A program made the translations under genes and the position numbers. The notes below the pieces were generated by a model. That model had not been told where the DNA came from. It did no database searches and saw nothing but the letters and a program-made list of their open reading frames with translations. Positions 54,701-64,000 of a DNA stretch of 64,000 nucleotides are shown here, one piece after another. The stretch comes from Octopus sinensis (taxonomy: Eukaryota), in NCBI RefSeq assembly GCF_006345805.1, contig NC_043013.1, positions 12,896,001 through 12,960,000 on the forward strand. Reading direction: 5' to 3'. Position 1 is the first letter of the stretch, and each line of letters starts with the position of its first letter.

Positions 54701-55960
54701 GTGTTCACCTTAAGTGAAATTTTTTTCTCATTGTGAGAAGTATAGTTTGGTGGCGTATCCTGCCACCAAAAGTTGTTCGCTATTTGTGAATAGTGTGCAT
54801 TTTTACAACTACGTTTACCAATAATTGGAAAGCTGTATTTCAAGTGGAGCAGTCCAGGTTCTAATTGGAGTACCATAGGGCTTGGAGTACCTGAACGCCC
54901 AATAGATTTTTTGTTGTGTTTTGTTGAACTATTGTTTTCTATGAGCAACTGATATTAAAGCCGAAGGGCAATCTGGATAAATAATCTTGGGTTTGTTCTT
55001 CTTTGAGAAACCTGTGATGTTAGTTAAGAAGAAATAACAATCGGTATAGTGGTTTGTTGGTTCGCGCCATATCATACTTTTCCATTTACCATTCAGCCAT
55101 TGGGTTAGTGCTATAGAGCAGATTTTGCAACAAACATGAGGCGCCCACAGTTTACCTTGATACCCAACTTTGCACCCAAAGCAAAACTTGTAAGCATTTA
55201 AAAATTTCTTTGTAAGGAAATTTCTCTGATCTTTTGGTGCAAATTTTCCACACACTTAACAAAAGCTGTTCGGGTGATTAACACAAACGTTTCTGCTCAT
55301 CATAAGTACATACAGTAATAACCTAAATCAACACTCAAAGAAGCCTATCAGTTAACTAAAATATAAAACTAATCAACGGTAAATGTTACAGTAAATCATC
55401 AAAATATATTTCTTAAAAAAAAAAAAAAAATCATTTAAATTATTATAGAATGTACTGAAAGTATGGCTATCATGAAACAGTTTTTTCCATCTCTAAATTT
55501 CAAACATTGATCACTTTAATAAATAACAAAACTACTTTTCATATAACCTGGCTCCCTTATTTCATGTCCTTTGTTTTAACAGCAGTTATCAAGAAAAGTG
55601 AGTGTGTGTGGTTTACTATAATAGCCTACCGTGAGGACAACTTTACTATGATTACAGCGATAACGAAGTAAAATGAATTCTCATCTTTTGTAGCAATTTA
55701 ACAGGTAGCCTACATTTTCTTCTGATAGCACTTAATTTTGTTTCATTGATGAGTTTATGAATGAAAATCGAAAGCAAATAGCCTACTACTTTGTCAATAT
55801 TATCAATTGGTTGGAAAATCTGATGCTTTGAATAAGTAAAAATTCTACACGTGCTGTCTGAAAACTGATGTCACATTGGGATTCAGCACCTTCAAGTTAC
55901 TCTAAATCAGCTCAAAATGTTTAAATAGTATGACAATTTTTCTTTCTTTTTAGCCCAGTG
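51774..55960 (-). mobile_element. Chapaev3 (CMC) DNA transposon, internally deleted
   Basis: TAA TSD, CACTAGGC...GCCCAGTG termini; N-terminal WAPHVCCKIC..WREPTNHYTDCYF and C-terminal SDEQGERFHHEI..DYCW. Family name from recalled motifs. Confidence 0.8.
52359..54312 (+). mobile_element. ORF1-only non-LTR element (Tx1/L1-like) inserted in a tRNA-like SINE head
   Basis: 16-bp direct repeats AAGTAGC(C/T)TGCTTACC at 52343-52358 and 54313-54328; GC-richer frameshifted ORF from about 52923 to 53949 with an RRM-like segment and a charged region. Confidence 0.6.
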
Positions 55961-56129
55961 TAATTAAACTCAAGTAAACACTGGACAGAAAATGAACACG
56001 TATCCTTTTCCTTTTTTTTTTTCAATTATTTTTTTAATAATTATTATTTTAAAAAATTAACAAAGACTTCGCAAAGATATATTTACTCAAGCATCTATAT
56101 GACATTTAGTGAAGCATCTATACAAGGTA

Positions 56130-56320
56130 TCAAATTTGGGGGAAGGGTTTAAGCCGATTACATCGACCCGAGCGCGTAAGTGATACTTATTTAATCAATC
56201 CCGAGAGGATGAAATGCAAAGTCGACCGCGGCAGAATTTGAACTCAGAATATGAAGACAAATGAAATACCGCAAAGCATTTTACCCGGCGTGCTAACGAT
56301 TCTGCTAGCACGCCACCCTT
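56130..56320 (-). mobile_element. tRNA-derived SINE
   Basis: AAAGTCGACCGCGGCAGAATTTGAACTC..GTGCTAACGATTCTGC. Confidence 0.7.
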
Positions 56321-56639
56321 AGTTAAACATATACATATGAACGCAATGGAAACGTTTTCGGAAAACTTTTAATTACCTTCAGTTATCTCCCTTAGTGAAT
56401 CTAACTTCCTCTGCAAGGGAAATAACTCCGGCTTCAATGTAAAGGGAGGTAATTCAGATTTTAACTACGTAACATTGATTTTAAATTTACACAGTTAAAC
56501 TAACAAGGAAGTTTTTGTACAACTCGTGAAACAAAAAGAAAAAAGGCATAAGTTACTTTTGTTCAATTCACAGGTTATTAACAATTTTCTGACTGATGCG
56601 CATGTTTTTTTTTTACGGATTCATACATACAGTCATACC

Positions 56640-57920
56640 ATACGAGGCTAAACATCGATCCAAAATGCCTTTGAATGTCGCATCATTTCCCTTCGGCAAC
56701 ATTTTCTAGCTATCAAGTGTCGAAGTGCATCCCTTGACCAAGCTTGCATACGAGAGGCTGATAGCCTCATAAGACTTGGAAGGCAGCTCCTCGAGCAACG
56801 CTCTTTGTCTGATAACCTAGAATACATGCCCAAAGAAGTCGCACGACTCTACCGCAGCATATCATCAGATGAAAGGAAGAACCTATATGAACAGAAGACT
56901 TTGCATGGATATGTCAGTAGAAAGCTCCGTGATGATAGTAACCTCGATCACCAAAGAAGTTTATCATGGATTTGTTGCCGGATTACTACCTCCCACTTTC
57001 AAGGGTATGCGTTTGCAAACCAGGAACAGGAAATATCAACCAAGTACCTGATACATAAAGAGATAGAGATGCAAGAAAAACTGTAAGTTGTGACAAGCGA
57101 TGCAGACTTTGTGGAGTTCATACTGAAGATGCCACGCATATCATAAGCAATTGTCCGAAAATGTCATCACGATATTATCTATCGATGAGACATGGTGTTG
57201 TAGCTAGAATACTCTACAATGAAATCCGTCGGAAGGATAATCCCGAGGACAAAGAAATAAGAACCGCAAGCCATGGTAGAAGCCATAGCCACTAACAATA
57301 AAAATGTAAAGGAATACTGGTGAAATGTATCAGGGAAGACCTCAATAAAATGTAAGCACACCAGACCTGATATAAAGGCTTGGGATAGAGAAGAGAGACT
57401 GCACAAGTGAGGAAGTTAGCTGCCCAGCAGATGTTAACATAAAGCTAAAGATAGTGAAAAAGAGAATACCTACGTTGAACTATTGAGAAATCTGCGTTGA
57501 ACTATTGAGAACTATTGACAATCCAGATTACAAGTTCAAGTTTATATCTGTAATTACTGGGAAACCGGTATATGTATTACACTGCCTAAATACCATTCTT
57601 GAGATATTTAGGCTTCTCAAAACCAGAAAAGAGAAAGCTAGTTCGAAGGCTACAGATCCAATCCATCACTGGAACTGTAAAAATTTGTAAAACTTTCCAG
57701 AAGTTTATCATTTAAATATATATGAGCATATCCAGACGTGCAACTATATGCATGAGATTACATACATAAAACATACAAATCTGCACATCCATACATGCAT
57801 ACATACATACATACATACATACATACATACATACATACATACATACATACATACATACAAAAATACCCTGTTGATGATGTTGAAATTTCAATGAAGGAGT
57901 CTTGGATCGAGGTTAGAAAG
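56640..57920 (+). mobile_element. R4/Dong-type LINE 3' portion
   Basis: ANQEQEIST, CRLC..E..HIISNC zinc knuckle, RPDI RLE motif; homologous to 32300-33000. Confidence 0.8.
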
Positions 57921-58319
57921 AGTGAAGTGCGTGCGAATGGGACCGCCCCCCTCCCCCCATTACCACCCTAATCAACTCCGCTGCGCAAGTTTTGTTCTCA
58001 CACCACTTATCTCAACTTCTCCCCAATTAAGTCCTTCGGCAACGAGCAACAGATGACGGGAGCAAGAACTGTATGATGTTATAAGCCCTTAGTCTGGATC
58101 CTGCACATGGGTGACGCAGGCAATACGGCCGACTCGATGTTACCCTGGGACTGCACATCGATTCGTGTTCTACCTGCTTGACCAGGTGGACCTTTTAAGG
58201 ACTAGCACCGCCTGCCTCAGCTGAAGAGAGGCCTATGAAATGTGGTCTAAAAGACGCCAATCCTTTTTCGCCTGGCCAGGAAATCGCACCTGGTAGGCCA
58301 TTCCACACTGTACTCGATG

Positions 58320-59670
58320 ATTAAAAGGAAAATCCTCTCATTTTTGCTACCTGCAACATACGAACCTTGATACACCATGATGACCACGTTGGGGCCACGC
58401 TCATCGCCTCTGAACTCAAACGATACAATGTGGATATCACTGCACTCAGCGAAACAAGATTTCCTGATGAATGCTTTCTCACTGGGATACATATACTTCT
58501 GGAAAGGCCTTCCTCAATGCAATAATAGAATTCATGGTGTTGGATTTACTGTCCGTTCGTCATTACTGGAGAACATCTCTTCGATTGCAACCGATATAAG
58601 TGAAAGGCTGATGACTTTCCGAATTCTCCTCAGTAACAAAGTGCACGCCACTATCTTCAGTGTCTATTCCCCAATATTAGAGACTATTAAAGACACGAAA
58701 GATACCTTCTACGAGTCTCTTAACTCGGTTAAGAGAAGGTTACGTCGCACAGACAAAGGTATTCTTGGAGATTTCAGTGATAGAGTCGGTTTCAATGTAA
58801 ACATCTGGCCCAGAGATCTCGGTTCTCATGGGATGGGCAAAATGAATACCAATGGTCTTCACCTTTTGCGCCTGTGTGCCGAGCACAATCTCGTGATTAC
58901 GAAGACCATTTTTCAGCAGCCCAATAAATACAAGTTCTACTGGAGACATCTTCGTTCCAAGATGTGGCATCTCCTCGATTACGTGAGCGTTCGTGAACAT
59001 GATCAGAAAGTTGTCCTCCATATCAAATATATGCGTGATGCAGAATGTTGGACCGATCACCGCATGTATGTGTCCTCAGATCCGCCCTCCTGCCACGAAA
59101 AGCAAAGTGTTTCCCATACTCAATGTGGCCTGTTTTTCCAGTACAACGAAACAAGATAAGCTTCAAGAAAACCTCGCTACTGCCTTCCCACTTCTTCCAG
59201 CTCTTTCAGTTCCAAAAGAGCTCCATCGCAATATGGAAAAAACATTGAGAATTATATTGAACAAATCGAGGTCGAACAGAATGAATTCAATTCACTCTGG
59301 GACTCTGCCATGTCCATCATTTGACAAACTACTGAATCCACTCTTGGAAAAACCCACATGAAGAACCTTGATTTGTTTAATGAATCTGCAGACATCATCC
59401 AAACTCTTTTGTAGACGAAGAACCATGCTCATAACGCCCACCTCACAAATTCTTGTACCTTAGCCTCAAAGTGGTTTCTGAAGCACAAAATGTCTGGTGG
59501 CTCCGCAACTCCGAAAAGATCCAATGTTTGGCTGACGAAAATAAATCTTGCGAATTCTACAACTCGATTAAACATATCTTCGGTCCTTCGCACTGCCCGA
59601 TTGCACCTGCCCGTGCCGCTGACGGCAATACTTTAATTAAAGAAAAAGAAAAGATCTTTGCGCAATAGAC
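58320..59670 (+). mobile_element. RTE (BovB-like) LINE, APE endonuclease region, degenerate
   Basis: NIRTL, VDITALSETR, HGVGF, ERLM, GDFS, LDYV, CWTDHR. Confidence 0.85.
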
Positions 59671-60384
59671 TTCTGCTTACAAATTCAGAAACCAACAACA
59701 AATATTGAACGTGAAACTTTACAGAAGCTCAGCTGTTCATTTAAATAACGGTGCGTATGATTCTGGTTTTCAGGCTGGACACACGCGCTTATTCTCCTCG
59801 CTTCATTCCAAGAATTTCCAAGAAACATGCGAGAACGGTATTACGAGGCAATGGCTTTAGTAAGTTAACATGGCTCGTCTGATATTTTCATTTTATAACA
59901 TTTAATTCAAATTGACCAGAAATTAAGGATAACTTATTTCATGAACAAAATCCCTCAAAAAGACCAGAATGGGAGCAAGGTATTTCAGACTGAAACTAAA
60001 ATAACTTTTGAATGGTGTTAAAACGAGACACGTTTTCGATGGAGTTGCTTGCTCATTTGCTCACCAATGATTATCAGAAGAAGCGATCGTCATGTGGCCA
60101 TATCTTGATAATATTACATCCAGATGACCCGTTGGGAATAGATCAGATTGTTTGCGATGAAGGAAGACGGACAGTGAAGTTGTACAGGATGAAGTAAAAC
60201 GGCATTTTCATTGGAGACATGTGAGTGCATGAAAACAGAATACATAACAAATCCCATGCTATTATACTGGCTGCCAGTGCATTTGCAACAAGAATCCGTC
60301 TTTTTCAGAGAAGGTAATGAGACAGAAGCGTTAGAGAGAGACAAAGCCGCCCGTCGTAACGCGTCTCTGCCATCATGGTTTGTC

Positions 60385-60914
60385 CTTAGTAAATGATACA
60401 AAAATACAAGACGCCGGTTACATATTGATATTCCTTATCATTATATGTGTAACAAAAGGATGACTGCTTGGAAACTACACGAGAGATGAGAAGAGAAACT
60501 TATTTCAAGAATTTAGTTTCTAAGTCCAAAGCAAAAAGAAATATTTTATCTGAGATTGTTATTGTTATATGTTGAAGAAGCTCGCACTTTTTGATGATCT
60601 TAAAACAGCTGATGGTGTACGATATAAGTTATGATGAAATAGCTGTCATTGTTTTAAAAACACAAGTGGAAATATACTTTATAAATGAGTGCGACCCATT
60701 ATTTTCAACTCACAGCGGGAAATGTTACATTTAAGAATTATTAGAATTTAAAAAAATTCTTAACTGCAAAGTCTTTAGATACGAAATTTATCAATGGTTG
60801 CTTTAATTATTTTGACAAAATTTTTGGTATTTTTCACTTGTGTGTAGTACGTACATGCAAGCAAACACACATACATTCACATGCACGCACGCACACAGAC
60901 ACATACAGCCATAC

Positions 60915-61002
<88 letters not shown>

Positions 61003-61260
61003 GTGTTTGTATGTATGTATGTATGTATGTATGTATAATCTGGTGATCTTATGCCATCTCAAGCGTTAAGTCAATACCTTTTCATCCGGAATATCTTTAT
61101 AAGGTGTATTGAATAGATACAAACACTTCACTTGAGGAATACAATGCCAGCTAATAGTGATAAATCGATACGAAGTTCATATAATGATTATCCTTCATCA
61201 AGAAGATAGATTTAAAGTAGTAACATATCGTTCTTGACAGCCATTTCTACCTAGAAAACA
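60385..61260 (+). pseudogene. Paralogous PAN gene upstream/promoter copy cut just before the ATG by Tc1
   Basis: Matches 47690-48505 up to CTAGAAAACA, then switches to Tc1 coding sequence. Confidence 0.8.
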
Positions 61261-61261
61261 A

Positions 61262-62090
61262 AATAAGTTATGTTAGTCCCAGAACAGCAATCAGGTATCT
61301 CCACAAACTTGGTTACTATGGCAGAGCAACAAGAAGGAAGCCACTTCTTCGAGCAACCAACACCAAGCGGAGAAAAGATTGGGCCAGTGAGATGGTGGAG
61401 AGGCCACTAGCATTTTGGAACACTGTAATAGTCTCTGAGGAGTCTAGATTTGCTGTATTTCCTGACAGTGGTCGAGTGTCGGTCTGGAGACTCTGTGATC
61501 AAAACTTTAATGTGAAAAGATTCCGGCCAAGAAACACGGCAGCTATTCTATGATGATCTGGGGAGCAATTTGGAGCAATGATTGATCAGAGTTGGTGGAG
61601 TGTGAGAGAAACATAAACTCAGAAAAATTTATGTTCACATTGCAGAAAGGAGACCTTCCAATCTTCTTCAGTAGTGAAATGATCAAAGAAGACTATTTAT
61701 GAAAGATAGGGCTCCTTGTCACACGGCTAAAATTAGATGAGAGGGGCATTAAAAAGCTTCCATGACCAAACCAGTCACCAGATATGAACTCTAATGAACA
61801 TTTCTGGGACATAATGGACAAGACACTTCATAAAAATAACAAGAAGGCATCATCAAAGCCAGAACTTTTGAGATTACTGCATGACACTTGGCAAGAAATT
61901 CTGCAAGAGAATATTTGTCATCTAATCAGTAAGATGCCTAATAGGGGCTTTGCATTGAAAAATGCATAGGGCATGTCAACTAAGTAGTAGATATTCACAT
62001 TATGAAAATTATTAAATAATTTGTATGTATTATTTCAGATTTGAATAAATTTCAATGATTGTAAAGGTGTCTATTTACTTCTGTTATGTC
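61262..62090 (+). mobile_element. Tc1 transposase remnant
   Basis: RRKPLL, SEESRF, DRAPCH, QSPDMNSNEHFW. Confidence 0.85.
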
Positions 62091-62574
62091 TGTGTATGTA
62101 TGTAAGTATGTATATATGTATCTATGTATATACATATATATGTGTAAAAAAAACAAAGTTAGTGGTTGAAAATAAACAACATAAATGGTCACACAACTTC
62201 AAATCATCCCCATAAATTCATACCGTAGAATGATGGATCCTCAGAACGGGAAACTTCTCTGATGAAATTTTTTTCCTGATGAAGGGGCCGCTGCCGGTTT
62301 GGTGTTTTAATGTGTAATGGATCGTGGCAGTGGCTCTTGAAACGGCCGTAGACGTGGATTTATTCTTACATTATTTTGGATTCCTTTTTCTTTGGGACTT
62401 GACGCCGGATGTATCCCGGATTCACTTAAAATTTAACAGTCTACCTAGTATATTATTTTCAATCGCCTCGCTATATACATTTATATTTTCTTCATATGTT
62501 TTTCTTCATACACTTTTTACAGTTTTTCACACGTTTTTTTTTTATATGTACATATACATGTACATTCTTATAAC

Positions 62575-63000
62575 TTCGGGCTTGGTGTCACAAGAAGTTT
62601 TGTTCGTCTCTCGCTCAACTGCACCTCACACTTAATAATCAAGGGGTTGCAGTCTGGAGAGTAAGGTGGCCAGACGTTAGCGATGATGTGGTTGCAGAAA
62701 TTGTCTGACAGTAATAGGGGTCTCTCGGCAGCCAACCTCTTGACCCAGGACAGCACTACCTCCTCCAGGCCTTCGTGTTGAATCAGAGGCCGTGTGAGAA
62801 GATGACTGGAGGTATAACTTCGCAATCACTAATGATCACTCCAAAAACCATGATGTTCACAGTATGTTTGATTTTTATCTCTCTTGGTACATGTCCTCAG
62901 ATTGCACTGTCCTCAGATTGACACCCAAACATTCTTAAATGTTCGTATTGGAACTTCCGGTGCGAATGCCAAGCAGTACGGTATGTCATTTCCAAATTTC
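62575..63000 (-). mobile_element. Tc1/mariner (maT-like) remnant
   Basis: WPPYSPDCNPL motif on minus strand. Confidence 0.6.
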
Positions 63001-63278
63001 TGGCAGCGTGAATCGCGTCATTGTGTTGTTTTTCTTACAGACGGTGCCCAACTGTCTCTACTATACTGTGTAGTCGACAAAATACAAAAACAAAGAATGC
63101 AGCTACGCGAAATTTAAAATATAAAATGGCAACAATTTACATATTGCACCCTCTCCCTCTCCCTCTCTATCCCTCTTTCTCTCTCCCGTTCTTTCTCTCT
63201 CTCTCGCTGTCTCTCTCTGTTCTCTCTCTCTCTCTATATATATATGTGTGTATACACACGCACACACACACGCACGCA

Positions 63279-63309
<31 letters not shown>

Positions 63310-63310
63310 T

Positions 63311-63374
<64 letters not shown>

Positions 63375-64000
63375 GCATGAATATATCCTTGGGTGTATTT
63401 CATTTGAGAGGTTTTTATTCATATTTTATTCTCTCGGATATAGATGAATATATGCTGTCTACTATTTTATTAGATCAGTTAATGTCTAGAGAATGTGTTG
63501 TGATACATTGCTTCGTTGTGATTCTTTACAGTATGGGTTGTGTAAAATGTAAATATTTTATTGTCTGGTGATTATACAAGGAATGTTTTGTATGCAGAGA
63601 ATAGGATTATTTGAGATGTACGATTAAATTGAAAGACAAAAAGATCTTGATATTATTGTTCTATTCTTTTCCTTGATATCTTTATCTGTCATTCCCAAGT
63701 TGATTGTGGTCAGGTCGCTGTAAAGTCTCATGTTTCATGCATACTATTATTACTTCTTATCCATTCTTGTCTTCAAATGATGGTACATGTTCCAGTGAAG
63801 ATAGATTCCTTTCCAGGAAAAAAATTGCTCTTGGCAAGGAATGAATCACAAGAAACTATGTTGTCAACTATCTCATTATATTTTTACTTGTATAGTCTAC
63901 GTTCCGCATACAGAAGGAAGTCTTACGAAATATTCCATCGTATTATTTTAAACCAATGCCTATTCAGTGAGTCATTTTCACACAAAAATTATTTTCTATG
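63375..64000 (+). repeat. Paralogous PAN gene intron-1 sequence running off the window
   Basis: 63375-63700 matches 48775-49350; 63835-64000 matches about 2480-2641 and 49360-49514. Confidence 0.85.

Overview
AT-rich, microsatellite- and transposon-dense animal genomic DNA. The SINE/LINE repertoire and repeat style suggest a mollusc, probably Octopus (inference). Almost all ORFs in the track are microsatellite translations or TE remnants. One complete host gene can be assembled by hand from splice sites: 5 coding exons on + (1915-1945, 3319-3354, 3914-4171, 13126-13356, 23032-23222), all four introns GT-AG and phase 1. It encodes a 248-aa secreted protein with a signal peptide and three PAN/Apple-like Cys domains, one per exon. 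Downstream are four further copies of its promoter/leader exon (37.7, 39.3, 48.5 and 61.2 kb), two with intron-1 sequence, and none followed by domain exons in the window. This suggests a tandem birth-and-death cluster continuing past 64 kb. TEs include a near-intact CR1-type LINE, R4/Dong, RTE, Penelope, Gypsy, mariner/Tc1, piggyBac, Chapaev3, Helitrons, a Tx1-like element and tRNA-SINEs, several of them nested. Structural oddities: a 1.65-kb palindrome carrying hammerhead-ribozyme motifs, a tRNA-SINE with a hammerhead-like tail, a perfect 38-bp hairpin, a head-to-tail Helitron junction and a 1.6-kb tandem duplication that may be an assembly artefact.
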